From: a virus
DNA: 64,000 nt
Virus record (IMG/VR): IMGVR_UViG_3300012971_000018
Span: 1-64,000 of that record
Strand: one strand, 5' to 3'
A program made the position numbers and the translations under genes. This document shows positions 29,418 to 39,396 of this stretch, one piece after another. Under the pieces are notes generated by a model, which made no database searches, was not told the DNA's origin, and saw nothing but the letters and a program-made list of their open reading frames with translations. Every line of letters begins with the position of its first letter. Positions within the stretch are counted from its first letter, which is position 1.

Positions 29418-30629
29418 TTACGCCACTGCGTCCAGGATCGTCTTGGCGACCAGCTCCTGGGCCAGCCGATTGTCGGTGTTCGGCAGGTCCCGGGCATCGG
29501 CCGTAATGGCCTGGGCGAAGTCCCAGGCGGTCCGCGGCGGCTCGCCCTCCTCCTTAAGCCCGCGGTCGAGGATTGCCCGGGCGCGGGTCGGATTGAACTT
29601 CCGCTTCTTCAGGAAGTCCATGGCCTCGTCGTCGTCGGCGGCCAGCTTGGCCTCCTTCGCCGCCTGGACCCCGGCCAGAAGCTTGGTGGTCGATCCGTTG
29701 GCGTAGGCCCGAAGTGCGGGCTGCGCCTGCTGGAGCCAGCGCGACGGTGCCAGTCGCGTGTGCCGGATCGAAATGTCCTCGAACCCCTCGACGCCCCAGA
29801 GGTTGCGGTTCATGCAGACCCCGCGCAGGTAGAACACCGCCAATTTTAGCGTGCGCGCTCCCATCTCGGAATTCTGCACGTAGAACCCGCGGAACACCAA
29901 GTCGGGCGAGCCGTCCTTAAGCTTGCCGACCTCGATCGGGTTGCGATCGTCGACGAGGAAGACGAAGAGATCGCGGTCCGAAGCGTAGAGCGTGGTGCTG
30001 TCCTTAGTGACCGGGGCCTCGGGGTTGTAGAGGTTGGTCCGCCAGTCGAGGACCCCCGGGACCTTCCAGCGCTTGGACCCGCGGCCATCGCCGGCCACCT
30101 CCTGCACGGCCGCGACCACCTCGTAGTCGGGGATGCGCCCGTAGTCCGGACCGGTGGCGGCGTGCATCTGCACCGTGTCGCCGTAGATTTTGATCTCCTC
30201 GGCCTCGCGGTTGCGCCGGATGCACCAGTTAACGGTGTCCGCCACCAACTGCGACGGCAGGTCGCGCATGAAGTAGGCGGGCACCCCGGAGAGCGAGCAG
30301 AGCTGTCCGAAGGCGTGGTGGGTCGGGGCGATCTCCATGGTCTTCTGGACCGTCGGGGTGTCGATGGTAAAGCCGACGGAGAGATCGTGCGTCGAGACCT
30401 CGATATCCGGTGCGAGGAACTCGATGTCCTTGGGGAGCTTGCGCGCCTGGAAGGACCCCTCCCAGAACCGCTTCTTGTAGGCGAACAACTCGTCCAGCGA
30501 CAGGAAGCGCTGGTCGTGGGGGCGGGACATCCACTGCCGGCTAACGGAGCCGTCGTGGCCGCCTTTCGAGGGGTCGACCTGGTAGGGCGACACCGGAGCG
30601 GAAACGCCGGACTGCTGTACGGTATCCAT
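29418..30629 (-). CDS. DUF932-family protein
   Basis: W..RP.D.RF.SL, AFGQL, YGRI.D, LYASDRD.F.FL, RGF...NSE.G, VC.N, IRH. Confidence 0.8.
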   Translation of the reverse strand: MDTVQQSGVSAPVSPYQVDPSKGGHDGSVSRQWMSRPHDQRFLSLDELFAYKKRFWEGSFQARKLPKDIEFLAPDIEVSTHDLSVGFTIDTPTVQKTMEIAPTHHAFGQLCSLSGVPAYFMRDLPSQLVADTVNWCIRRNREAEEIKIYGDTVQMHAATGPDYGRIPDYEVVAAVQEVAGDGRGSKRWKVPGVLDWRTNLYNPEAPVTKDSTTLYASDRDLFVFLVDDRNPIEVGKLKDGSPDLVFRGFYVQNSEMGARTLKLAVFYLRGVCMNRNLWGVEGFEDISIRHTRLAPSRWLQQAQPALRAYANGSTTKLLAGVQAAKEAKLAADDDEAMDFLKKRKFNPTRARAILDRGLKEEGEPPRTAWDFAQAITADARDLPNTDNRLAQELVAKTILDAVA

Positions 30630-30853
30630 TCTCTAGTCTCCTAGGTTGGTACACAGCCATAACGCTGGCTGCAAGGCGACGGGAATGGCAGGCTTGTAGG
30701 GTGTTAACTAGCAAAAAGACCCAGGACCCTACGCGCAGCCTGCCTTTGTGTTACGTGCATCGATCTCCCGACGGACCGACTAAGGGGCTCCCGGGTCCTT
30801 AGTCCTAAGCTTGGTAGTTAGCGTCTCGTTGAAATAAATCAAGGGGGCATAAT

Positions 30854-31015
30854 TCAAATATCCCGGCCGCAGCTACCGCAGCGGTGGCCGCCCTCGGGAC
30901 GGATTAGGATGTCGCAGCGTTGGCATACCTCGCCCTCCTCCTCCTCCGGTTCGAACTCGTCCCAGTAATCGTCCTCGGGGTTGTGGGCCTTCCAGGCGTC
31001 ATAGGTTCTAAACAT
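30854..31015 (-). CDS. Small zinc-ribbon protein
   Basis: CQRC...CGSCG. Confidence 0.5.
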   Translation of the reverse strand: MFRTYDAWKAHNPEDDYWDEFEPEEEEGEVCQRCDILIRPEGGHRCGSCGRDI

Positions 31016-31293
31016 TAGTGCTTCTCCCGTTGGAGGCGGGCCTCCTCGATCTGTTCCTCGGTAGGCCATACGACCCCCTCGCCATACTTCCACTCGAAGA
31101 CGATACAATCGCCGCCGTCCGTAATGATTACACGCTGGACGTAGCCATACGAAGCAGCGACAGAAAGGGTGTAGTGCCGCGCCGCGTCCATCGCCTCGAC
31201 GGCCGAGACGTAGCGGCGAACGTATTCGTAGGAGCCGTCCTCGAAAAACTGGCAGACCGAAAACTCCTTGGTTAGCTTGTCGGTGTCGTCCAT
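31015..31293 (-). CDS. Hypothetical protein
   Basis: GGAGG RBS; RVIITDGGDC.VFEW. Confidence 0.65.
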   Translation of the reverse strand: MDDTDKLTKEFSVCQFFEDGSYEYVRRYVSAVEAMDAARHYTLSVAASYGYVQRVIITDGGDCIVFEWKYGEGVVWPTEEQIEEARLQREKH

Positions 31294-31296
31294 TCT

Positions 31297-31506
31297 TTAG
31301 TCCTCCATAACCGTACGTAACACAACGTTACTAATGAATGCGGTGCGTCCCCTCCCGCGGGCGCCGCCGTCGTCCCAGCGGACCTCCGAGACTTCCGGAC
31401 CGGAGGCCACGATTGTCCCCCGCCGGGTCCGGTCGTACGTTACGGTAACCCGGGTCCCGCGGGGGTGCTGCTCGCCCACTGGGCGCAATCGTACGCGCTT
31501 AACCAT
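31297..31506 (-). CDS. Small SH3-like hypothetical protein
   Basis: GTRV...GTIV....VRWDDG. Confidence 0.55.
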   Translation of the reverse strand: MVKRVRLRPVGEQHPRGTRVTVTYDRTRRGTIVASGPEVSEVRWDDGGARGRGRTAFISNVVLRTVMED

Positions 31507-31509
31507 TGT

Positions 31510-31719
31510 TCAATTCTTCCGGATAGTCTGGACGAAATCGTAGATCGCCTGCCCCAGCATGGGGTCGTCGATCTGCGGATTGGCCGCGATAGCAGCGTGG
31601 CCGGCGCGGAACACCTTGGAGATGTCCATTATGTTGATCTGGATGCCACTGCATCGTTGGTAGTAGAGCCGTTCGATCCGCTTGTCGGTCTTGGCGGCAG
31701 CGCGATTTAGTTTAGGCAT
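31510..31719 (-). CDS. Hypothetical protein
   Basis: GGAGG RBS. Confidence 0.6.
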   Translation of the reverse strand: MPKLNRAAAKTDKRIERLYYQRCSGIQINIMDISKVFRAGHAAIAANPQIDDPMLGQAIYDFVQTIRKN

Positions 31720-31728
31720 GTTTCCCTC

Positions 31729-32004
31729 CTAGTAATTCTCCGGCATGTAGTCCCAATTGTCGAAGTCGGGCGGAACCCAGACGGGGGCGAGCGTGTCGGT
31801 ATCGTCGGGGTCGCGGCCCAGCAGCTCCTTGAACTTCTCCGGCGAGGAGAAGAACAAGTCCCCGCCGGCTATGCCGGGGTACCCGACGGTGTAGGGATGG
31901 GCTGGAAAGACCCACACCCAGGCTTTCTTGACGTTGGCCTTGCAGGTCTTTTTCTGCTCCTCGTTACACTCGCAGCAGCGCGAATTAAGACAAAAGGTGG
32001 TCAT
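31729..32004 (-). CDS. Cys-rich hypothetical protein
   Basis: AAGGAG RBS. Confidence 0.55.
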   Translation of the reverse strand: MTTFCLNSRCCECNEEQKKTCKANVKKAWVWVFPAHPYTVGYPGIAGGDLFFSSPEKFKELLGRDPDDTDTLAPVWVPPDFDNWDYMPENY

Positions 32005-32127
32005 ATTCTGCTCCTTTCCTAAAGTGCAACTCCACTGCACCCGGGGGGTTCGGGTGCAGCAGGCTTGCGCTCTATGCTACTTCATATTGTGGTTTCTCCT
32101 TTCCACGGCTCCGGTTAGCGAGACCGG

Positions 32128-32400
32128 TTAGCCGACGTTTTCGAGCAGGCCGACGACCTCCTCGACGCTCTCCTTAACAGGGACCGCGCCTCCGTTCGGG
32201 AACTCGACGCGGGTGCCGTTGCCCTCGGTCCGCGGCCGGACCGAGCGGATCGCGCCCGGGACGACGTAGAACGGCCGGGTAACCTCGGGCACCTCGGCCT
32301 CGACGATCGTGGTAACCATCCGATCGTCCTCGCCCTCCTCGGTGGTGGTAACCGCGGCGCGAGCGTCGGACACGATCTGGGTAAGCTTAACGAACTTCAT
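32128..32400 (-). CDS. Hypothetical protein
   Basis: AAGGAG RBS; V.ESVEEV C-terminus. Confidence 0.6.
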   Translation of the reverse strand: MKFVKLTQIVSDARAAVTTTEEGEDDRMVTTIVEAEVPEVTRPFYVVPGAIRSVRPRTEGNGTRVEFPNGGAVPVKESVEEVVGLLENVG

Positions 32401-32500
32401 AAGATGCTCCTTGCATCTTCGGCGTCGGACAGGCCCGATCGCCGGGTGGGAACGCCACCGCGAGCCGGACCGTGTAGGTCCGGCCTCCGGTAGGGTCCGC

Positions 32501-32695
32501 CTAGTCCTCCTTTGCCCAGATAAGGCTCGGGTCGCGCATTATGTCGGCGGCCGTCGGAGCAGCCTTTCTAGTCCCTTTGGTGGCCTCTTCCTTACGCGCG
32601 GCATTGTCGGCCGCTCGTTTTAGTGTGCGGCCGATGGCCTTATAGAGGCGGTGCTCTGACTTTTCCGAGCGTCGCCGTGGTTTCTTGTATTTCAT
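32501..32695 (-). CDS. Basic hypothetical protein
   Basis: Packed in operon. Confidence 0.5.
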   Translation of the reverse strand: MKYKKPRRRSEKSEHRLYKAIGRTLKRAADNAARKEEATKGTRKAAPTAADIMRDPSLIWAKED

Positions 32696-32696
32696 G

Positions 32697-32903
32697 TCAA
32701 TACTCCATTCCTCGTTCGGCGCGCTCGGCGCAGGAATTGCAGATGCCGTAGTCGGGGCGCAGCTTTACGCGCCGTCCGCACGACCCGCACTTCTTCCACA
32801 CGCTCTCGCGCTGGACCTGCTTGTAGAAGTCGATGTCGTCCTGGTCCTCGATCTCGTACCAGCCGTAGTTGTCGTCGTAGAAACCGGGCATCTTAGTCTC
32901 CAT
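32697..32903 (-). CDS. Small zinc-finger protein
   Basis: CGSCG...CNSC. Confidence 0.6.
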   Translation of the reverse strand: METKMPGFYDDNYGWYEIEDQDDIDFYKQVQRESVWKKCGSCGRRVKLRPDYGICNSCAERAERGMEY

Positions 32904-33624
32904 ATTCGATCATAGCTTTACGCCAAGCGGCATTGCCTGGCGTAACAAGCTTCTGCTTCTGCTCCTCCCACCACCGCTCCTGGGCCAGCTTGCGCCACTG
33001 CTCGCGCTGTTTCGCAAGCCCCTCCTCCCGGTCCTTGCTCTTGCCCTTCTTGGGTTTGGGCTTCTGGGGAAGCTCCGCCATGGCGTCCAGCTTCGCCATC
33101 GCGACCGACATCGGCATGGCCCCGCGGGCCAGTTCGTGCTGGCCACCGTTTTTCTGCCGTCCCCGCCGTTCGATCTCGCGGTGGCTGGGGTTCTTGTGCT
33201 CCCACGAATGTTCGATCGCCGCGTCGAGGAACCGCTCGTCCAGGCCGTGGTCGCGGTAGCCCTTGCGGATACGATCGGCGTAGACCTTGGACGGCGGCAT
33301 AATCCCCGGCGAGGTCATAAGGTAGATTAGCGCCGGCCGACGCGCACCCTTCCACAGCAGGAGGATGTCCTCGGACTTGAAATAGAAACCGCCTGCGATC
33401 CCTTCGAACCGGTCCAGTTCCTGCTCGTCGCGGGCCGAGATTTCGTACAGCGCGCACGGGACCTCGGAGCCTGGGCAGAATTCCAGGTCCGCCACGCCGC
33501 GGAATACGAGCTTGGCGTTGGTTAGCATAAACTTGCCAAGCGACTTCGCGTCCGGGCAACGGCGGCGCATCGACGCCTTGTCGAGGTTGCCGCCGTAGGC
33601 GATGTAGAGCTTAGTCGGCTTCAT
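32893..33624 (-). CDS. Gamma-glutamylcyclotransferase (AIG2-like) protein 1
   Basis: LYIAYGGNL...M..RCP, LDRFEG, PS..Y...I..GY. Confidence 0.85.
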   Translation of the reverse strand: MKPTKLYIAYGGNLDKASMRRRCPDAKSLGKFMLTNAKLVFRGVADLEFCPGSEVPCALYEISARDEQELDRFEGIAGGFYFKSEDILLLWKGARRPALIYLMTSPGIMPPSKVYADRIRKGYRDHGLDERFLDAAIEHSWEHKNPSHREIERRGRQKNGGQHELARGAMPMSVAMAKLDAMAELPQKPKPKKGKSKDREEGLAKQREQWRKLAQERWWEEQKQKLVTPGNAAWRKAMIEYGD

Positions 33625-34012
33625 TTCGTTCCTCGTTGAAGTACTCGGACAGAGCCTTAAAGTCGTCCGGGCCGATGCGGCCGAGATCGAACAGCACCTC
33701 GGCGAGGCCATCGTAGTCGCAGTCGTACACCCGCTTCATTTCGATGTACGTCTTGGGCTCGACGATCGTGCTGTTGTTGACGATTAACTGCCCGAGATTG
33801 CCATCGCGCTGCAACACCGGCTCGGTAACGCTATAATGGTGGGCCTGTCCCGCTCGGGTGTTTGCGGAACGCAGCCAGTCGTAGTCGCGGCCCTCGTGCC
33901 ACGTAAACCGCTGGCCCTTGGTAAGCACCGGGACCTTGTTCCAGTCTTTGGACCGGCGATCGGCCTGCGGGTTGGCGACGTCGCAGGTTAGTTCGAGAAC
34001 TTTCGTAGTCAT
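33611..34012 (-). CDS. Hypothetical protein
   Basis: ATGA overlap; AAAGGT RBS. Confidence 0.55.
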   Translation of the reverse strand: MTTKVLELTCDVANPQADRRSKDWNKVPVLTKGQRFTWHEGRDYDWLRSANTRAGQAHHYSVTEPVLQRDGNLGQLIVNNSTIVEPKTYIEMKRVYDCDYDGLAEVLFDLGRIGPDDFKALSEYFNEERNEAD

Positions 34013-34506
34013 AGTTGCACCTTTCGTTGGTTGGATACTGGTTCTCCGGTTAGTTGGTCGAAGCGCCACTGGCGGGGCGCGACCAGCACCCCGTCCTTCG
34101 GTGCGACCCGATGGCCCCACGGCCGGTTGGAGAGATAGACCCAGGCCGTAACCGGAAGCTGGATGTCGGCCTCGGCGATGTCGACCCGGAACGAGCGGCG
34201 CATCCGTTTGTAGAACCGCGGATGGCCTTCGAGCCGGTCGAGCGCGGCGAACGTCTCGCCGTCGACCTGCCAGATTTCTCCGGCGACGCGCCCGGACCCC
34301 AGTGCCAGCACAAATGGTGTATTGATCTTTGCGTGGAGCGAAGTGGGGTTGTACAAGAACGGAATTCCGCCGTTATCCGCAGAGGTCGTCATGCCATAGT
34401 TGGCGCCGTTCGACAGCGCGGTGCCGACGTACTTCGCCCCCTTAAGCAGATGGGAATTCCCTTCGCCGCGGCGAAGGGTCCCATACACGAATACGAGGTG
34501 GTTCAT
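34009..34506 (-). CDS. Gamma-glutamylcyclotransferase (AIG2-like) protein 2
   Basis: VFVYGTLRRG, V.GE.W.V, LDRLEG.P.FY.R, AWVY. Confidence 0.9.
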   Translation of the reverse strand: MNHLVFVYGTLRRGEGNSHLLKGAKYVGTALSNGANYGMTTSADNGGIPFLYNPTSLHAKINTPFVLALGSGRVAGEIWQVDGETFAALDRLEGHPRFYKRMRRSFRVDIAEADIQLPVTAWVYLSNRPWGHRVAPKDGVLVAPRQWRFDQLTGEPVSNQRKVQL

Positions 34507-34736
34507 TTTTTCTCCTTTAACAATCCGATCTCGACCAGCCGAGCGATAAACCCGGCTTGGCTGCCTGTCCGCACGCGCTTCCCGGTTAGCCGGTAGGCGC
34601 GCACGGCCAGCTCGTTTACGAACATGTCGAGTGTCCGCTCCGGAGAGCGGGACTTGGCGCGCCAGAACTTAAGGACCGAGCGCGCCGTGGTCCCACTAAT
34701 CCGGGTGCCGTCTGGCGTAAGATACGTGCGCTTCAT
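34503..34736 (-). CDS. Hypothetical protein
   Basis: AGGAGG RBS; ATGA overlaps. Confidence 0.55.
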   Translation of the reverse strand: MKRTYLTPDGTRISGTTARSVLKFWRAKSRSPERTLDMFVNELAVRAYRLTGKRVRTGSQAGFIARLVEIGLLKEKK

Positions 34737-35899
34737 CGGGGGTTCCTCCTTATGGGGGGATTGGGGCGGACAATGTCGGTCCCCGGGTAGTACCGGTTAC
34801 GCGCCGGATCGGTCCGCTCCAACGGGACCCGCTCCGCGGCTTCCGCCGCGGCGCGAGCCCGTCCGGCCTCGTCCTGGTGCGACGCGACCCGCGCCTTCCA
34901 GTACGCGCGATCCGCCTCGACCATTTCCAGCTTGGTCGCCAGACCATCGAGCGTAATTTCGAGCGGCAGCGCCTCGCCGGCATTAACCGTCGCCCGCCAG
35001 ACCATTCGGCCGCCACGCCGCAGGCCGGGAACCGGCGCCGCCGCGACCCCCATCTGCCGGAGCAGAGCAGGGAACGACGACCGGGTACCGCGGCCCAACT
35101 CGATCCGCAGTTCCTCGCCGGTTACGCCTTCCGGACGGGTAAACATCCGGTAGGCGGTGCGGTAGGTCTGGCGCGCGAATTGGGGCTCGACCACCGGGGT
35201 TAACCCGGCCTCGACGTCCTTTTTCGCCGTCGCCATTAACGCATGGCAGAAGTGGACCCAGGCGACGATCTTCTTGGCGTCGGTCGTACCGCTATGGTGG
35301 CGAAACTCGATCGTGCCGTGGTCGAGGTACGCCTTCCAGTTAAGCTTTACGAACCGGTCGACCCCGCCGCCGCCGCCTCGTTGCGGCATGGCCGCAATGA
35401 TGTCGTTAACGGTCGTGGCCCGACGCAGCCGGGCGATGTCCACACCCTGGACGGTCTTGCAGTAGCCATTGCCGGCCATCGGTCCACGCCTGCTCGGGGG
35501 CATGAACGTGTCCATAACCGGCTCGTACGCGATAAACAGTTCGGTTAGACGCCGCAGCGTCGCCACGCTCTGGTTCCGCGCATAGACATGGCAGTGCAGC
35601 CCGCACGTCCGGTTCGCGGTCGCACCCAGGCTGTTAAGCACCTCGCAGACGCGGTAGATGTCGTCGACCGCATGGAGCGGCGGGGACACGACCTCGTGGC
35701 TGGTGCGGCCCGCACCCGACACCGAGACGTCGGAGACCACCTTCCACTGGTTGCTGCGCTGGTGCGAGTAGCCGGCGTAAAAGCACGGGATGCCGGCGCC
35801 GTTAATAACGCTCGCGAGCCGGTCCCCGGTCATTATCCGACCGGCATTCGACGGCAGCAGACACTCGATCTCCACGCCAAAGTCGAGCGGGATCGTCAT
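34733..35899 (-). CDS. Putative amidoligase (COOH-NH2 ligase, Amidoligase_2)
   Basis: FGVEIE, WK...D.SV, EVVSP.L, CGLH.HV, TIEFR.H.GT. Confidence 0.85.
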   Translation of the reverse strand: MTIPLDFGVEIECLLPSNAGRIMTGDRLASVINGAGIPCFYAGYSHQRSNQWKVVSDVSVSGAGRTSHEVVSPPLHAVDDIYRVCEVLNSLGATANRTCGLHCHVYARNQSVATLRRLTELFIAYEPVMDTFMPPSRRGPMAGNGYCKTVQGVDIARLRRATTVNDIIAAMPQRGGGGGVDRFVKLNWKAYLDHGTIEFRHHSGTTDAKKIVAWVHFCHALMATAKKDVEAGLTPVVEPQFARQTYRTAYRMFTRPEGVTGEELRIELGRGTRSSFPALLRQMGVAAAPVPGLRRGGRMVWRATVNAGEALPLEITLDGLATKLEMVEADRAYWKARVASHQDEAGRARAAAEAAERVPLERTDPARNRYYPGTDIVRPNPPIRRNPR

Positions 35900-36453
35900 G
35901 TGTAAACTCCCCTTTCCCTAAACCATACGAGCAGACAAAAGGCCCGCGCCACCAGACCGGACAGCGCCTATGCGCCGCGTGCAGGTTTCGCGCGCGGGCC
36001 AAGTAGGATTGCAGTGGTATGCTAGGTCTTTCGCCGTAGGCGGTCGCAGCGGGGGCGTTAACAGTTATCGCTGCGACCGGGGGCACTGTACCTCGCCCAC
36101 CCCCTCGGGATTGGTAGATCGGTCGATCGCTCGACCCTGTACCCTCTCCCACGCCTACGGCGGAAGACCTTGCAAATAGACAAACGGCTGTGCGCAACAG
36201 TGGTCGTTGGCTTTCGCTGCCACACTACGTGCCATCCGCCCTTCCCCCGTCGAGACGCTGCTCGATATTCGCTTTACCAGCGGGACTAAACGGATGCTCT
36301 CTTACGCCGCACAGCCAATCCTATGTCAGTTAATAGCAGTTCCGGGGACCAGCCACACCGAGCCAGTCGCGCCCGTATAGGTAACCCATATTCCGTTAAC
36401 GGAGTAGGCCAAGAATATCCACCCCGCAACCCGCGTCGCAGCCTTCCAGCACG

Positions 36454-36630
36454 TCATGCCAACACCACCTTTCGTTCGTTGTGTTTAAGAACAAAGGCGA
36501 CCGCGCCGATCGCGGCGGCCAAGCCGGCCACCATGACATCCGACGCGAAGACGCTTTCGTGCAGGTTGGGAACGCATCCCATGCAATCGCCAAGCTTTAC
36601 GCTGGCGTAGCTGGCCAACAGATATTTCAT
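36454..36630 (-). CDS. Small hydrophobic hypothetical protein
   Basis: AGGGGG RBS; C-terminal hydrophobic helix. Confidence 0.4.
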   Translation of the reverse strand: MKYLLASYASVKLGDCMGCVPNLHESVFASDVMVAGLAAAIGAVAFVLKHNERKVVLA

Positions 36631-36641
36631 GACGAACCCCC

Positions 36642-36854
36642 CTAAGCGGCCTTTCGTTCGGTATCGTACAGCGCGTCGAAGCGGGCCTTGCGGACCGCGT
36701 CGGCGGCGAGCGCCAGATGGTGGGCGGTGTCGCCGACCAGTGTCCAATCCCGGTACGCCAGCGTCTTGTCGGCGTAGGGGTCGCGGACCTTCCACGTAAT
36801 GCCGAGCCCCTCCAGCTCTTTCAGTTCGATTACGAGATTAGGTAACGTCGTCAT
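36642..36854 (-). CDS. Hypothetical early protein
   Basis: GGGGA RBS. Confidence 0.55.
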   Translation of the reverse strand: MTTLPNLVIELKELEGLGITWKVRDPYADKTLAYRDWTLVGDTAHHLALAADAVRKARFDALYDTERKAA

Positions 36855-36866
36855 AACATCCCCCGT

Positions 36867-37037
36867 TTAGGCGCCGTAGTAGTGGTCGGCGTAGTCCGGC
36901 TCCTCCTCCGCGAGGCGCGGCGCGCGCCGTGGATGGACCGGTTCGCCCAGCAGCTTGTGGAAATCCTCGAACCCGAAGTCCTCGGGCATTACGCCCAGGA
37001 ACTGTGGGCCACCTTCGTCGAACAGAAAGACGTTCAT
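36867..37037 (-). CDS. Hypothetical early protein
   Basis: AGGAGG RBS. Confidence 0.55.
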   Translation of the reverse strand: MNVFLFDEGGPQFLGVMPEDFGFEDFHKLLGEPVHPRRAPRLAEEEPDYADHYYGA

Positions 37038-37206
37038 TTTACCCTCCTGCAATAAACAAACGAGCCCGGGGGATCGAACCCCGGCCACATTCCAGCTAGC
37101 CTTCGCAGGGGGCCAACCCCGCTCGTGCTGCTGTGGCCGAATGGAGGACACCAGTCGCTCTGTAGGCTAAGTTGCGAGGACCCGGGCGAACCCGGGTCCT
37201 AACGAT

Positions 37207-37431
37207 TTAGCCGGCGGTCTTTAACCACTTGCCGTCGCCGCGCTTGCGGTAGCGCTGGCCGCGGCCGAGACCGAGACCCATCCCGTAGCGGTAGTAGGAC
37301 GGCGGTGCCATGAACCCCCAGGGTCCCATCTTGGTCTTGCCGTCCACGAACTCGTTATCGATCGGGGCGCCGAAATCGTCGGTTGCCGGGACCGTTCCGA
37401 GCCAGAACTTTTCGACCTTTGCCTTTGCCAT
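37207..37431 (-). CDS. Hypothetical early protein
   Basis: AAGGAG RBS; DGKT..GPW..M...G.GLG.G.GQ.Y. Confidence 0.65.
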   Translation of the reverse strand: MAKAKVEKFWLGTVPATDDFGAPIDNEFVDGKTKMGPWGFMAPPSYYRYGMGLGLGRGQRYRKRGDGKWLKTAG

Positions 37432-38210
37432 TTGAAGCTCCCTTTCTGTTAGTACTCGTCGGTCGTGGCCCCGACGAACATGGCCGTAACAGCGAACACC
37501 GCAGCCAGGACCACAGCGACGCCAAGCATCGTGAACATTTGCTTCCCCAAGATCGGGGCGTTTCGCTTGGCCCCGTCGCGCGCTTGGCAAGCTCCGCTGC
37601 CAAGTCCGGCCGGCGGTTATCTCCGCCGGGTCCGCAGCACATCGTCTAGTGGGACTACCTTCGCGGCGATCCCACCAAGCTTTGTGTTGTTAGTCTGTGG
37701 AGTGTTGTCCCCGCCCAGCGGGTGGCCCAGGCTAACCCAAGCCACCGCCCCCTCCGGCCATTAACCGGTGTAGGGTCGCGGGGTTATTCGAGCGATCGGG
37801 GCACCGCTGCCCCCGGCCGCGTCCCCTCGACGCACTAGCCGACCTGCCGGTCGACCCCAGCCCTGCTAGTCGTACGCAAGGGATGGCTGGCGGATGTGGA
37901 GAGTACGCGGTCGGTTCGACCGCTTATCCATTTCCGGGGGACGATCGACAGAGCTTGCTAGGCTCGCAGGACCGTCCGTCGGTGCGCTTCCGGGCTTGCT
38001 TCGGGGTATCCTCTCCACCTGTCCCCGCTCCCGGGCGCTTCTTGCCTTTTTCCCCGTCGTACCTCGGGGGAGGGAGCTTTCCTGCCGGAGACCGCCGTAC
38101 TGGCGACCCCTCGGGGGGAGGCGCTGGAGAGGGTTCCGGCCCTCTGGCGCGTCGGGCGCTTCCGGGTTTCCGAAGTCTTCTTCTTGTTTCTCCGACTTCC
38201 CGACACCCGT

Positions 38211-38238
38211 AATATAGGCCCTCCTGACTAATATTCAA
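38211..38238 (-). promoter_or_regulatory. Leftward sigma70-like early promoter 1
   Basis: TTGAAT-N16-TATATT with AT-rich upstream tract. Confidence 0.55.
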
Positions 38239-38322
38239 GAGGTCCAGGGGTGTTATTGATAATTATTTTAGTCAATGTTTCCAATGGGTTACGATGGCCG
38301 CACAGGTGTCGATTAATTCCCC

Positions 38323-38351
38323 AGCCTAGCATATTTTAGGATTAGATTCAA
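38323..38351 (-). promoter_or_regulatory. Leftward sigma70-like early promoter 2
   Basis: TTGAAT-N17-TAGGCT with extended -10 TG; shares CTCTTGAAT with promoter 1. Confidence 0.6.
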
Positions 38352-39137
38352 GAGCTTGCGCGAACCGGCCCGGGCGCCGGGAGGCCGTAGGAAGCCCGCT
38401 GGCGCGCCGGCTTTGCGACATTGGTATGTCGGATTGGCGACGTCCATAAAATCTACCGGTGGGCTTCCCTAGGGCCGGGGAGCCCTATATAAGGCGTTGC
38501 CATTCCCGGAGGGGAGCTTGCCTTCTGGCCTCGCAACCTTTGGCAGCCCCCATTTAACGACCCTGGTCCCGACGGACCGGGGTCGTTTTGTTTTCGGTCC
38601 CCGGTCCGGGGTGGTCCGGGTGGTCCCCCGTTTCCGGCGCATCTGGCTGGCTTCCGGCGCTATCTGGAAAGGGGGCCTTATCTACGCTTCTAAGTACTTG
38701 TAATCGTTTCCGAATTCGTAGAATCCCGGCGGGAAACCTCATTTTGCAGTTTCCGTACGGGAAATGCAGATGTGTAATCCCGGACGCCTGCTAAGCCATT
38801 GGAAACATTAGGATGTGGCGGTGTGGCGGTTTGTGGAGGGTATGTGGAGAATGATGCGTTTCGGCCCAATTGCCCGCCTGGCGTCGCTTCGCTACGGGGA
38901 TTGCGGGGATAACCCGAGGGGGCTTTACAAAAACAGAATTGTGGGAGTAACCTAAAAAAGTTGGTCCCGACGACGCGCTAACGTCTCGGGACCCGGTTCG
39001 ATCGAAATTCGTTGAGGACGCCCGACGATCGAACAGCGCAGAATATAACGACTTCCCCTGCGCAAGGCAATGGGCGCGGCCCGGACTTAAGGTCCGACAG
39101 AGCCGAGAGTTACGTGCCTTAGCAGCCTGGGGGAGGT

Positions 39138-39396
39138 CGGTGCCCTCCTAAACAACAGCACCCGGAAGGCCGGTTCCGACACAAGGACACCGGCAGTACC
39201 TGCGGGTTCTTTACCGTCGCGGGCTGGATTAGTGGGTGCAGCATTCCCCGCCAGCTCCTGGGTTGGAACAGGGTTAAATCCCCACCAGCCCAACGGGTTT
39301 CCGACCTCGTTGTCCAATAGGGAGTAGGGCATCGATAATCCCACTAACATCGTCCCCCAAGAGAGTACGGGTATGGTTCCTGTACGGAGGGCACCG
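39138..39396. ncRNA. Candidate structured non-coding element
   Basis: 11-bp long-range helix enclosing an 8-bp helix and local hairpins in ORF-poor DNA. Confidence 0.35.

Noticed and set aside
37060-37126. Canonical tRNA gene
   Set aside because: Only 67 nt, lacks proper D and anticodon arms and CCA; kept only as a tRNA-like finding.
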